Origin: Thecamonas trahens ATCC 50062
Taxonomy: Eukaryota; Protista; Apusomonadida
Direction: 5' to 3'
NCBI RefSeq assembly: GCF_000142905.1
Contig: NW_013657644.1
Coordinates: 177,697 to 241,696 of the forward strand
Length of the DNA stretch: 64,000 nt
Part shown: positions 21,842 through 34,106 of the stretch, piece after piece
Numbering within the stretch: position 1 is the first letter of the stretch
How the letters are laid out: each line of letters begins with the position of its first letter
Notes under the pieces: model-generated
Seen by the model: the letters and a program-made list of their open reading frames with translations, nothing else
Databases searched by the model: none
Told to the model about the DNA's origin: nothing
Made by a program: the position numbers and the translations under genes

Positions 21842-24675
21842 TTACTGCGAGTACGACGATGCGCCGTCCGAGTATAAGCACGAGTACGGATGCCCCGAGT
21901 ACGAGTAGGGGCGCGCGTTGCCAGAGTAAGAGAGGGTTCCCTCCGAGTAGGGCGGATAAGAGTACGAGACGTCGTCGCGATCTGACGAGTAGGAGCGAGG
22001 CGAGGACGAGCGGCACGATCGAGAAGATGAGCTGGAGGAGGCCGAGTCTTCATCGGCTGAGCAGTGAGAGGGCGGTGAGGAAGAGGCGGGGCGCGGAGCC
22101 GAGGGCGGTGGTGAGCCGGCCTCGCCGACAACGACGTCGACCGAGTGGGGACCGGAGAGATCAGGGGAGAGGAGGCCAAACTGGACGCGGAGGCCTGGGG
22201 CGTAGCAATGGCGGGTGAAGGCCTCGCGCATGTCGGCAACCGAGTCGATCGAGTCGCCGTTGACTGAGACGAGAATGTGGCCGACGGTGATGCCGGCGTC
22301 AGCGGCAGCCGACGCCGGGGCAACCTTGGAGACGACGACGCCGCGGTCGACGGACGGATCTGCGACCACGAGCAGGCCCACAGCGGGCTTGCCCTCACGA
22401 GCGCTGCCAGTCGGGCGCCCGCTATCAGCTTGCAGGATGCGGACCTGGCTCTTGATGGCCGATTCGAGCTCTGAGGCTTCCGCAGCGATCGAGTTGTAAA
22501 GCGCCTGGGCGTCGCGGAACGAGTCCTCCTCGTCAAGGTCGGAGAGCTCCCACACCGCCTCGGGCACGTCGGCGGTGGCAGGCGGCGGCGAGGCGGCGGT
22601 GGCGGCTGGACGGGCGACGGAAGGGGTAGTGGCGGCGGCAGCAACAGCAGCAGACTCGGATGCGTCCTGCCTGGGAGCGATGACAAACGGCTCGGCGAGC
22701 TCAGGCTCGCCGTCGAGGAGTGCCTGGACCTGGCGCCGCATGAGGTCGCGCTCGAGCGCAACCGTAGCGGCAGCGTCGAGAGGAGAGCGGTGGTCGTCAG
22801 GAGAACGTGAGCGCGAGACGCGCGACGAGTGATGCGTGTGAGACGAGCGAACCTTGCGCTTGCGGAACTGGGCAGCGTACGAGCCAATACCAACGACAGG
22901 CGCGGCGGCAGGCTCAGGCTCGACAAAGGCGTCCGGCTTGAAGTAGCGCCAGCCAATAGCAGCCTCCTCCTCTGGCGTGGGACGGACCGAGGCAGCAGCT
23001 GGTGCAATGGTCTGCTGCGAGAGGTCAACTTGGACAACGGTGACGTCTGCGTCACGTGGATCAAGATCAATGCGGCCACGGCGGTACGGCCTTGTGGCGG
23101 CGTTCTCGACGGTCTCGACGACGGCCGAGACTGCCGAGGTGGCCGGGAACGAGGCGACGATGCCGGTCTTTTCCAACCCTTGCGCGGGCGGCGCTTCTGA
23201 GCCGCGCGGACGGCGTCAGTCGGGCGGACAACACGGTAGGATATGTCCTTGGCCTTGCCACGACGGCGGGCAGGCGGACGGGCGGCGGAGCGAGTGCGTG
23301 TGCGTGAGCGCGAGCGCGAGCGCGAGCGTGACGCCGACTTGCTGGTGGACGCCTTGGGCCCGCGCCTGCGGGCCGGGCCCGAGGGGCGGGCGTTCTTTTG
23401 CGGGCGGGCACGACGCTTGCGGCGAGCTGGCTTGGCCGGTTCGGGCACTGGCAGCGAGGCTGGCGAGGTGCGAGCCTCCCGCAGCGCCATTTCGTGGCGC
23501 TTCTTGTGGTACTCGGTAACAAACTCAAGCTCGCGCTCAGACGGATGCGGGTCTGCGCACGGCTCTTCCGAGTCGGCGTCAGGCTCGACCTCGGTGTCGG
23601 GATAGGCCGAGCCGACCTCGACAGCGACCGAGTCTACACCTGCGGCGGAGACGCCGTCGCCCGACGCTGATTCAGACGAGAGATGGAACGGCGAGTTGGG
23701 GGCAGCGTCTGCAGAGGCAGTGACCTGAATGCGGACCGGCGAGGCAACGACTGACGGGTGCGGTGCAACCGGGGCCGGCTCGGGCTGCGGGGCTGCCACA
23801 GGCTTGGGCTCGGACTCGGGCTCGGGCTCCGCGGACTGATGGGTTTGAGCGCTCTTGCCGCTTCCGGCAGCAGCCTTTGCCTTGGACTTGCGCTTGGACT
23901 TGCGACGACGGCCAGACTTTCCCCGAGGCTTGCCGGCCGGGGCCACCGAGGCGGTGCGGACAGGCACAATGGGGTCGCCCACGTCGGGGACTGGAGCGAC
24001 TCCGGCCGGCTCTGCCGGAGAGGCCGGCTGGTCGTGGACGCTCTCGGAAGTAGCTGGAGCGTTGTGCGGCGCATAGAGCGAGGCCGACGCAGTGCGCGGC
24101 GCGACAGGGGGCGCCGCCGGTGCCGGAGCGGGCTCAGCGCGGTCGGCAGCGTTCAGGGTGGTCTCTTGCTGCTTTGCGGCGAGCGGCGACGACTTTGTGA
24201 CGCGGGCGACAGGCGGACCCTTGCGCTTGCGCTTGATGTTGAACCTGTTGTGCAGGGCGTACATCCACTTTTGGCGGGCGGCAGCGTCTTCTGTGGAGAA
24301 CGTGTGGTCCTTGCCGTCGACGCCGAGGGTGAACTTGAGGTCCTTCATCGACGGCGACGCCATGTGCTGCAGCGTGGCGTCCTTGAGCTCTGCAGGGGGG
24401 AGGAGGGCGTGAGTTCGGGGAAGAAGAGGGAGAGGAAGGGTGAGGAGGCTTCGGTCCCAGTGGGCGGACGTACTGGCACGGAGTGAGGCGCCCTCGGAGA
24501 GGTCGAGGGTGTACAGCGGGTCTGTGGCCGACTTGGAGGCAAAGACAGCGAGCGTGTTGGGCTGGAGGATGGCAAAGCGCGGCTTCCACGAGGAGAACAT
24601 GGTGCCCTTGACACGCTCCCAAAGCGGACCCATATGCACACACTCTACGTCCTGCTTGAGCAGCTCGGACGCCAT
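21842..24675 (-). CDS. PH- and PDZ-domain protein; intron 24473-24390; frameshift at about 23177
   Basis: PH: GPLWERVKGTMFSSWKPRFAIL...RQKWMYAL; PDZ: VGLLV...GVVVSKVAPASAAADAGITVGHILVSVNG; in-frame GTACGT...CTCAC...TGCAG intron. Confidence 0.75.
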
Positions 24676-24862
24676 CTCTGCGGGTTCTGTCGGCCGTGGA
24701 GTGGTGCAGTGCGTGGCGCTCTCGGCCAGCCCGAAATTCGCCCGTCGCCCGCCAACGGCTGTCGGCCCCGTGGTTGGCGCGGGACGGTTGGGGGTGGAAA
24801 GGGGGGGGGAGAGGAGGGAGGGGCGAGACTGCGGGCACACACCTCGCCGGGAACCATCTCAG

Positions 24863-27084
24863 ATGCAGGCGCTCGAACAGCGGCGAGTGGCGGTGTAGGT
24901 TGAGGAGGAGGAGGAGGAGGGGGGGGTAGGGAGGGGGGGGGAGGGAGGGGCGGGGCGGTGGCTCACAGGGTGGCGAGGTGGGCGCGCGCAAACAGGCGGC
25001 GGCGGCGCGAAGAGCTGGAGGCACGAATGGACGCCCGCGACCGGCGCAACGTGGTGGTCATTGCCAACAAGGCCCGGCGGCTGGAGCGGCAGCGGATGCT
25101 GCTGCGGATGCGCAGCAAGGAAGCCGAAGAGCGGAATCGGGCAATGCTGGCGGCGGTGCGCGAGAGTGGCGAGGCGAGCGGGCGGGTGGCGGCGAGCGGA
25201 CGGTCGCTAGCTCGGCTGCGGGAACGATATGCACGTGCGGCACGGCTGCAGTTGCCGCGGTGGATGGCGGAGGCATCGGCTGCGGAACGGACACGGCTGA
25301 AGCAGCTCGATGCCGAGCTTGCGGCGTTGGCAGACATTCGCGCCGACGCAGCGCGGGTCTTCCGCGACGAGCTCGCGATCCGCGAGGCTATCCGCGATCG
25401 CGAGGCTGCGCTGGAAGCTGCGCGGGCCGAGGAGGAGCAAGCTGCGCGGGCCCGAGTTCGTGAGGCGCAGCAGGCTGCGGCGCGGCCCCGGCCAACACAG
25501 CGTGTGGACGACATCGACGTCGCCCGCGTGGCTCAGCACGGCTTCTCCGGTTCCGCACTCGCTATGCTTGATCTCGACTCTGGGTCTGGTACTAGAGAGG
25601 AGGATCAAGAGAACGAAATGGTGGAAGAGGGCAACGTTGAGCCAGTGACGCCTGTTAGAGTGCCGTTGCCGTCTCGGGACCGCGAGGCGCTTATCGAGCG
25701 ATCGGAGGATGGGGGCAAAGAGCCGTCGAGCGAGCCGCGAAGTGAGCCCCGAAGCGAGCCCCGAAGCGAGCCCCGAAGCGAGGCTTCGACCAAGGAGACT
25801 CGGCGCGAGAGCAAAGAGTCGCTTGGTGAGCCATTGCACGGTGGAGACGAGGTGCCTCCTAGCGAGAGGTCGCAGGATGATAGAGGTGAGGAGCCGCCGA
25901 GCGAGAGCGAGCTACCAATCGAAAGGTCGCAGGATGAAGGTGAGGAGCCACCGAACAAGCTAGCGGTTGAGAAGCCGCAGGATGAAAATGAGGAGCTGCC
26001 GAACAAGCTACCGGTTGAGAAGCCGCAGGATGGGGACGAGCCATCGCACAAGGCGGGCAATGAGCCGCCGAGCGACGGATCACAGGCGTCGTCGCTCCCA
26101 CCGGCGGAAGCGGCGAGCATGGCGGCTATGCTGGAGCCGAGGCAGCGGGAGCATGTGCTGGAGCTACTGCTTCGCGCCATCGAGGCAGACATGGACGACG
26201 ACCCGGAAGAGCTGTACGTGGAGCAGGTGTCGGATGCTGTACAGGACTCGATCCTCGAGTCGGCGCTCGGCGACGACACGCTCTCATTTTACGGCGGCTC
26301 GGCAATGTCGGCAGCTGTTGTCGGCCTCCTGCTCGCCTTCCCCGGCGGCCTGCTCCCAGTCAAGCTCCTGAAGCACGTCTGTACAACACAGACGATGACG
26401 CTGTCTCAAGCTTCACCGTTTCTTACCGCCCACGCACGGCGCGTCCTCCACGCCGTGGTTAGCCACTGGCGCAAGCTACTTGAGGCCGATGCCGTGAGTG
26501 CGGATGCACTCGCCACACTCACGCCAGCGCTCGTCGGTGAGGACGCGCTCGAGTTTGTCGACCAGGCGACTGGCTTTCTCTCGAGCGTCCTGGATCTGGA
26601 GACGCACGCGCAGAGGGCCGACGCCAACCATCTGGCCAGCGCGCCGCCGCCGGTGGTCACTGCGCCTGTCACGTCACCCATCAGCGCCGGTGCAATGACC
26701 AGCATGCTCCCGGGCCTGGGCGGGGTGCAAGCCCGGATGCCGGCCTCATCGTTTGCTGGTAGGCCCCTCGGTAGCAGCTCCGGCAACGTGCTCGGCGATG
26801 CCGATGACGACTACACCTCGGAGGACGACATGTACATGGGCGGCGGCGCCGCTACAAGCACGTCAGCAATCCCGAGTAACGCCACGGCATTGATGATGGG
26901 CGGCGGCGCCGGAGCGATGATGGGCGCTGGCGCCAGCGGCATGATGTTTGGCGGCGGCATGATGCATCCGCTGGCGGCGGGCCGGCCCGCGCCCAAGCCA
27001 CAGCCTGCGGTTCCTTATCGGACGGGCGGCCTCGACGCGGTGCTGGGTGACGACTCGTCATCCTCTGAGTTCCCGTCGTTTTAG
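24863..27084 (+). CDS. Coiled-coil protein, N-terminus resembles centrosomal Kizuna; exons 24863-24894, 24996-27084
   Basis: GTAGGT...GCTCAC...AACAG intron joins MQALEQRRVAV to RRRREELEAR in frame; N-terminal coiled coil, acidic repeats, acidic C-terminus. Confidence 0.6.
25726..25782 (+). repeat. 12-bp coding tandem repeat (SEPR x4)
   Basis: agcgagccccga-like units. Confidence 0.75.
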
Positions 27085-27207
27085 CTCGATGGTGGCCGCA
27101 GCAGTCTTTAATACTAAACAGCCTGGTCCCTGGTCAGTGAGGGGAGGGGGGCGCGTCGACGAACGAGTCGGTGAGTCACTGCTCTCGCGACCGCTGGAAA
27201 AAGAAGC

Positions 27208-28324
27208 ATGGCGGCGTCGTCGGCAGCAGGGCAGCAGGCAACGGTGGGCGACGAGTCCTCGTCAGCGCTCAACATTGTGCTCCACCCCGCGGTCATTGTG
27301 TCCATCACAGACCACTACACCCGGGCGCGGGCAAACACCAAGACGCCGCGTCCGCGGGTGGTGGGCGGCCTGGTGGGGACGCAGCGCGGGCGGACGATCG
27401 AGATGCACTCGGCGTACGAGCTGCTGGTCTCCGAGGACGCAGACGGCGGCCTGGTCTTCGACATGGAGTTTCTGCGCAAGAAGCACCAGCTGAGTACGTA
27501 GGGGATGGTGGTGAAGGGGGGGGGGGGGGGAGGGGGAAGCCGGGGTACGGGGGTGGGGTGGGGGGCGGCAGGAAGGAACGTGGGCGGGCAGGTGCAAGGC
27601 GGACGGAGACTCACGTGCGGGACGGACTGGCGGACGAGCAGTCGTGGACGTCCAGGAGGAGTACCAGTTCCTGGGATGGTACTCGACAGGAACCGCGCCC
27701 TCGGCAGCGGACCTTGCGGTGCAGACGCTGCTGCGCGAGGAGGGCATCAACGAGTCGCCGCTGTACATGGTGCTCGACCCGACGCCGCCGCCTGGTACTA
27801 AGGAGCTTCCGATTGATATCTACGAGTCGGAGCTGCGGATCATCGATGACTCGCCGACCTACCGCTTTGTCCACACCGCCTACTCAATCTACTCGGGCGA
27901 GTCGGAGCGCATTGCGGTCGACCACGTCGCCCACCTGTCGTCGGTTGCCACCGCCGAGTCGTCGTCGTCGGTGACAACTCATGCCGGCGGCATCGCCAAC
28001 GCTGTCGAGAACCTCTCGGGCAGGCTGGCCATCATCCTTCGCTACCTCAAGGCAGTCCAAGCGGGAACTGCCGAGGCCGATCCGCGCATCCTGCGCATGG
28101 TCAAGGCTGTCGTCCTCCAACTGCCTGTTGCCACCACCGGCGCAGGCACGGAGTTTGACCTCGAGTTTGTGGCCCAGTACAACGACACGCTGCTCACCAC
28201 ATACCTCGCCACCCTCACCAAGGCCGCCTCGGCCGTCAACAACATGGTCGACAAGTTCAACGTTGTCGCGACGAGCGATCGTCGCGGCGGGCGCGGGTCT
28301 CGCATGCGTGGCGCCTTCATGTAG
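27208..28324 (+). CDS. CSN6: COP9 signalosome subunit 6 (MPN); exons 27208-27493, 27642-28324
   Basis: LHPAVIVSITDHYTR, GGLVGTQRGRTIE, FLGWYSTG, INESPLYMVLDP, ESERIAVDHVA, YNDTLLTTYLA. Confidence 0.92.
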
Positions 28325-28380
28325 GCGCCCCTCCATCTGCGACTCCCACTGATAGTGTTGGTAAAGTGAGAGCTTTCTTT

Positions 28381-28420
28381 GTTGCCTTGTGAGCTGCCTT
28401 GTGAGCTGCCTTGTGTGCTG
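28381..28420. repeat. Short 12-bp tandem repeat (GCTGCCTTGTGA x about 3) downstream of CSN6
   Basis: gttgccttgtga gctgccttgtga gctgccttgtgt gctg. Confidence 0.7.
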
Positions 28421-28978
28421 GCCTGGATGTGGCCCAGACTCTGGGCCATCGGATGGGCGCCGGCGGGGCTCCGAGACAAACGCGCGATGCCTTTTCGGGA
28501 AAAGTATCACTCGATGATACAACGTTTCCAGCTATAAAAATATATAATCTTATACTTACATTATTATGACTTTATAGGTCAATTGGTAATTTTCAATTAT
28601 TATTGCATTATTCAAATGACAAATATGTTAATGTAATATATTTAATCGTCCGTATACATATTTTGTTGGTTTTTGATCCGGGAGACGGTCCGTTATCGTC
28701 GTCATAATGGCGTGAAGGTGGTCTCTCCTCCTCTAGTGCCTTGCCTACTCGCTTCACCACACACAATCACCATTGCGCCACCAGCTCGTTGTACATGCTT
28801 CGTGTTGATGCTAGTGTGAGTCGTGGGAGCGGCACCGATTGCAAGAAATCGTAAAAGTCCGACTTTCATCTCAAAGCAGCCCTACCTCCTCGGTCACGGA
28901 TCAACAAAACTCGCGCACGAGACTATCACCTCTCCAATCAGCCCCTCGTACACCACTCGACTACAGTGAAGGAGCCAC

Positions 28979-30208
28979 ATGGAGTCTGGAGGCGTAAAGG
29001 TTGTGCTGCCCGAGTCTCTAGTGGATGTGGCCGCTTTCCAGTCTGCTGTGACCGAGTGGCTGGAGACAGCGTGGACGGCGGTCGACGCGGCGACGGCGAC
29101 GTCGGCGGTGCTCGTTGTCGGCAACGAGGCTGCAGACGTCGATTCGGTCGTGTGTGCACTGGCGTGGGCTTATACCTTGCGCAACAAAGCAATCGAGGGC
29201 TGTGTTGTCCTCCCGGTCATCGGTGTTCCGGCGGCCGAGCTCCCGCTCCGGACCGAGGTGACTGCACTCCTTGCGGCTACATGCATCGACGCGTCGCTCT
29301 TCGCGTATCCAGACACGGTGCAGCAAGTGGTGGATGCAGTTGGCCGTGATGCGGTCACCATTCATCTTGTTGACCACAACGTGGTCCGGATGCCGGCGCT
29401 GGTCTCGCTGGGTTCAGCGGTAAACGCCATCATCGACCACCACACCGACGAGGGCGCGCACGACGCAGCAGCACCGCGGCGGATCGAGACGGTTGGCTCG
29501 TGTGCCACGCTTGTCACCGAAATGATCGAGGCTGGTAACTTGCCGCCTCCGTTGGCCTTTATGCTCCTTGCTACCGTCCTTGTCGACACCGTCAATCTGG
29601 CGCCGGAGGCAGGCAAGGTCACCTCAGCCGACGAGGCTGCGACACGGAGCCTGTGCCAGGCAATCGCGCCTTGTGGAGGTGGAGACGACCACGTTGCGCT
29701 TGTGAACACGCTGTTTGAACAGATGCAGGCCGCCAAGTTCGATGTCTCGGCGCTCTCGTGCGCCCAGCTCCTCGCCCGCGATGCCAAGTACTATACCACG
29801 CCTGCCGGGCTCGGCTACGCCATCCCAGGTGTCTTTCTCAACGGTGCCGAGTTTGTCGTCCGAGCCGGCGGTGCGACGGAGCTTGCAATCGCTCTGAGCG
29901 ACTACGCTGCGGCCAAGCACGCACACTTTGTCGTCGTCATGCTCACCCAGCCGTCGGATAGCGGCGTTTCACGCGAGATGATCGTCTACGTGCCGGCTTC
30001 GACTCCCGACGCGAGCACGCTCCTGAATCGCTTGGTAGACTTTCTCGTCTCTGTCAACAACAGTGAGCTGCAGCTACAGACGACTGCAGCGTGCAGTGAC
30101 GCCGGCTCAACCGATGCCGGCGTCATTGTGCACTTGGCCCAGGGCAACGCCACGGCCTCCCGCAAGCGCATCGCGCCGCTCCTTGTCGAGTTTACCGCCT
30201 CAATGTAG
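28979..30208 (+). CDS. Prune/PPX1-type exopolyphosphatase (DHH + DHHA2)
   Basis: GNEAADVDS, LVDHN, IIDHH, VGSCATLV, VLVDTVNL, ASRKRIAP. Confidence 0.92.
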   Translation: MESGGVKVVLPESLVDVAAFQSAVTEWLETAWTAVDAATATSAVLVVGNEAADVDSVVCALAWAYTLRNKAIEGCVVLPVIGVPAAELPLRTEVTALLAATCIDASLFAYPDTVQQVVDAVGRDAVTIHLVDHNVVRMPALVSLGSAVNAIIDHHTDEGAHDAAAPRRIETVGSCATLVTEMIEAGNLPPPLAFMLLATVLVDTVNLAPEAGKVTSADEAATRSLCQAIAPCGGGDDHVALVNTLFEQMQAAKFDVSALSCAQLLARDAKYYTTPAGLGYAIPGVFLNGAEFVVRAGGATELAIALSDYAAAKHAHFVVVMLTQPSDSGVSREMIVYVPASTPDASTLLNRLVDFLVSVNNSELQLQTTAACSDAGSTDAGVIVHLAQGNATASRKRIAPLLVEFTASM

Positions 30209-30394
30209 TGTACAAAGCCCCGTGAAAGCATCAGCCGTTCTTCTCTGCTGCAGCAGCACCTCGGCGGGCGCCATCATCGCGCCTTCGCTTAATCTGGTGA
30301 TGAGTGTGCGACTTGGCGCCATTCGCACGCACAACCGGGCCCCGCCAGCACGAGCCAACAGCGTCGGCAAAGACACACCTCGCTTCCCCAGACC

Positions 30395-32297
30395 ATGGCG
30401 ACGGCCACCCCAGACGCAACTGGTGCAGGCGGCGGGGGCGTTGCCTGTGCGGAGACTTCCCACTCGCACCGGCTCGCCCGCGAGTACGGCGAGCTCGAGG
30501 TAGTGGGCAAGGGCGCGTACGGGCGTGTCTTTCTCGCTCACCACGCCGAGTTTGGCGAGGTCGTCGTCAAGCAAGTCGATGTCGCCATGCTCAGCGCCGA
30601 CGAGCGCGAGGAGGCACTGCGCGAGGTACGTACTTCCAGGGGCGGGGATGCGGCGGTGGGGTCGGGCGGTGGCAGGTGTGCGGGGCGGTGGTGCGAGGTG
30701 ACTCACCTGTGCGGTGCGCACGCGCGCAAGCTGGCTCCAGGCCCGGGTCATGGCATCGATCAAGCACTACAACATCATCGGGTACAAAGAGTCGTGGATG
30801 GAGGACGGGTATCTGTACATTGCGATGGAGTATGCTCCCGGCGGCGATTTGTTTGCAGCGCTCCATGCCCGGCTGGCGGCGCTGGCGGCGACTGGCGAGG
30901 GCAACACCGGTGACACCGAGGCTGACCAGCCGCCATTTGACGATGACGAGCTGTGGGCGCTTGCCATTCAGCTCTGCCAGGGTCTCGGCTATCTGCATGA
31001 GCGCAGAATTCTGCATCGTGACATCAAGCCGCAGAACGTGCTCCTCGACTCAGACAGCAACGTCAAGATCGGCGACCTGGGCCTTGCTCGGCAGCTCGGC
31101 TCGCAGTCGATGGCAACGTCTTCGGTCGGCACGCCGCTCTACTTTTCACCGGAGCTCTGCCTCGATGCCGCGTACGACGACAAGTCGGATGTTTGGGCGC
31201 TTGGCTGCCTGCTGTACGAGCTGGCGACGGGCGAGCCGCCGTTTGTGGCGTCGAACCAGATCGCGCTGGCGCAGGCGATCGTGCACGACGAGCCGGCGCC
31301 GCTGCCGCACGCCTTCTCGCCCGAGCTCCGCTGGCTTATTTCGCTCATGCTGACCAAAGACCCCAGTGAGCGGCCGTCGATTGCGACGCTACTCGACACA
31401 CCTGCAGTCCGCGTCCGGATCGACAAGGCACTGCTATACCATCAGGTGCTGCGACTTCAGGCGCGGTTAGCGGCGACCGAGGCCGATTTGGCCACGGCTC
31501 GAGCGGCGGCGGCAACGGCGCACGCGGCAGCGGCAGCGGCGGCGGCGCCGGTGGCCAAGAGCCCGCCTCGAGTCCACCGCGAGTTGCTTTCCCCCGTGCG
31601 GACCCCGCTAGCGCCGCGGCAGGGCAGCGAGCCACCACCGGCGTCGACAAGCAAGACGCCGCGGATTCGCAGTGGGCATGAAAACGCAGCGACGCCACCA
31701 TCCCGGCTTGTCTTTGCCACGCCGAGCAAAAAGGGCGCATCGTCGCCTCTGGCGAGCCTGGCCACCAAGGTCGACGCGAGCGTCTTGTTTGGCCCAGAGC
31801 TGGAAGTTGGGGCCAAGCGCGGGCGCGAGCTGGTGGCCCTCTTTGCGTGGGAGCGATGGTCGGCGTCAACGCCACCAGGGACAGGCATGGCGCTGCTCAC
31901 GGGCTCGGCCTCGCTTGACTCGGCGCGCAATGTGGCGCGAAGCGCGGTGTGGCAGGGCCGGGCCAAGCAGAGCCTCTCGCACGCTGTGGCCCACCCGATG
32001 ATTGTCTTTGCGCCACGCAGCGGAAGCTGCCGAGCGGGCAGCCACCCCGAAGTGCGGCACTTGCGAACACGACGGCGCGGGGCGCGCGCCTTTGAAGAGC
32101 TCGTCCCGCAGCCGGGCCTCGCAGTGGCGACGCAGATCGGCGAGTCTGAGTTTTGGCTGCTCAATCTGACGTCGTCTGCACCGGTCTCCGAGTTTATTCT
32201 CGAGTTTGTGGACAACAACCCACTGGACGTGCTGCTTGTCCTCAAGCGCAACGAGGCGTTTCTGGAAGCTGTTTTTGCAGCGACGGCCCGAGTTTAG
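30395..32297 (+). CDS. NIMA-related (NEK) Ser/Thr kinase; exons 30395-30625, 30741-32297
   Basis: VGKGAYG, EALREAR, HYNIIGYKES, HRDIKPQN, DLGLAR, VGTPLYFSPE, KSDVWALG; coiled coil plus unknown C-terminal domain. Confidence 0.92.
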
Positions 32298-32363
32298 ACC
32301 GCCGGCGCCAGATGGGAGAAAGGGCAAAATTGAGTTTATGAACAGGTTCCGAGGGAACGGCGC

Positions 32364-33851
32364 TTAGGCCGACGTTGTGTTGAACGCCGTGTTGGTGATA
32401 AAGTGGTCGAAGAAGACGAGGGCGTTCTTCGGCTGGTCCATGGCTGCAAACGAGGGGCAAGGTGAGTAGGGGACGAGCGAGGCAGGGGGAAGGAAAGGGG
32501 CGAGGGAGGAGAGGCAAGCTGGAGGAGGGGAGGCAGGGAGGAGATGAATAACGTACGGACCATGTGGCCGGCGCCCTCGACAAAGACGAGGTTGAGGTTC
32601 TTGTAGGTCTGGACCGAGCCAGCGTTGTCGGAGCCAACGTACCACTGCTGCATGGGCGCGGCGTTGAAGGCGGCCTTGCCCGACCACGGGACGTCGAGGG
32701 CGACGGCCTGGGAGCCGAGGTAGTTGCAGATGTAGTCAAGCATGCCAGCCATGATGTAGACACGCTTGCCACCCTCGAGCATGGCGGTGACGCCGTCGGC
32801 GTACGAGACGGTCCAGTCGGTGAAATCGGCGTTGACGTCAAAGTTGCACGTCGCCCACTTGATGGACGGGTCGACGTTGAGAGCAGCCTGGACGGCGGGC
32901 TCGTTAAGCCAGTCGGTCGGAGCGGTAAAGTTGTAGCAGAGCGAGCCGTCGAGGCACGGCTCGAGGCGGTTGTACGGGTTGATCTGGTGGCCATCGATGT
33001 TGGTGTTCTCGAGGATGTAACCGATGATGGGGAGGCAGGTCTGGTAGGCCTGGGCAACCTCGCCGGCCTTGATGAGGGCGACGCAGTCGGCGACCATGTT
33101 GTCGGCCTCCTTGATGACGTTGTTCGACACCAGGTCGAACTTCTTGGCGTACGCCGGGTACATCGGGAACTGGAGGAGCGGATCGATCATGCCGTTGCCG
33201 ATCTCCATGGCCTGGAGGCGCGAGGCGAGTGCGGGCGAGTTGGCAAGGATCTGGCGGGCAAGCTCGGGCACGTAGTGGCCGCCGTAGCTCTCACCGGTGA
33301 TGAAGAACGGCTGCTTGGCGTACTGCGGGTTCTGCTCAAAGAACATCTCCAGGAAGGTGACGACGTAACCCATGGCCTCAGTGGTGTTGTGCACGTAGTC
33401 CTCCGGCGGGGACGATGAGAAGCCGACGCCAAACGGCTGGTCAATGTACAGCATGTTAGCGTTGTTGTTCCACGAGTACGGGTTCGACTTGAGCTTGAGG
33501 TGCGAGTCGACCGAGTACGGGCCGTTCTCGTTGAGCGCCGCCAGCGAGCCGGAGCAGCCAGGGCCGCCGGTGAGCCAGAGCACAAACGGCGTCGAATCGT
33601 CGGTCGGCGAGGCCTTCTGCGCGTCAAAGAGCCAGTACCAGAGCTTGCCATCAAACGACGGCTCCACGCTGTGTCCGGTAAGGGGGGGGTGGACGGTGAG
33701 GAGGGGTGAGTGGCGGAGGGATGGCGACCCATCAAGAGGGCTAAGAAAGGGGTGGGGGGGCGTACGTGATGTAGCCACCACGGCCGGGGACAAACACGGC
33801 GGTTGCCGCGGCAGCAAGGAGCAGACACACAACAATCGAGGTGGTGCGCAT
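32364..33851 (-). CDS. Serine carboxypeptidase S10 (CPY-like); exons 33851-33766, 33668-32557, 32443-32364
   Basis: Signal peptide; LWLTGGPGCS, YIDQPFGVGFS, GESYGGHY, DYICN, AGHMVPMDQP (after splicing). Confidence 0.95.
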
Positions 33852-34106
33852 GGTCAATGAGTTAAGTGTGACAGGGAGGCGGGGCGGTTGTTGGCGATTC
33901 GCTCCGGGCAGGTCACGTGCCGTGTCGTCCATGGCCCGACTCCCTTGTGCCGATTTCGAGTTGTCAGCCAGGGCGGGGGAGGCCCCTTGGCGGGCGGTTG
34001 GTTGGTCGACGGCCAGCTGCAACGGGTGCGGCCGAGTGCACCGAGTTGGAGCGGGCCGAGCGGAAGACGGCCAGGCGCCAACGGCTGACTGTGCTTCGTG
34101 CAGAAC

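Noticed and set aside
19795-24840. 1681-aa PH-LMF fusion ORF
   Set aside because: The middle is off-frame R/S/P-rich sequence over the real PDZ frame and a C-rich spacer; two genes plus a frameshift explain it better
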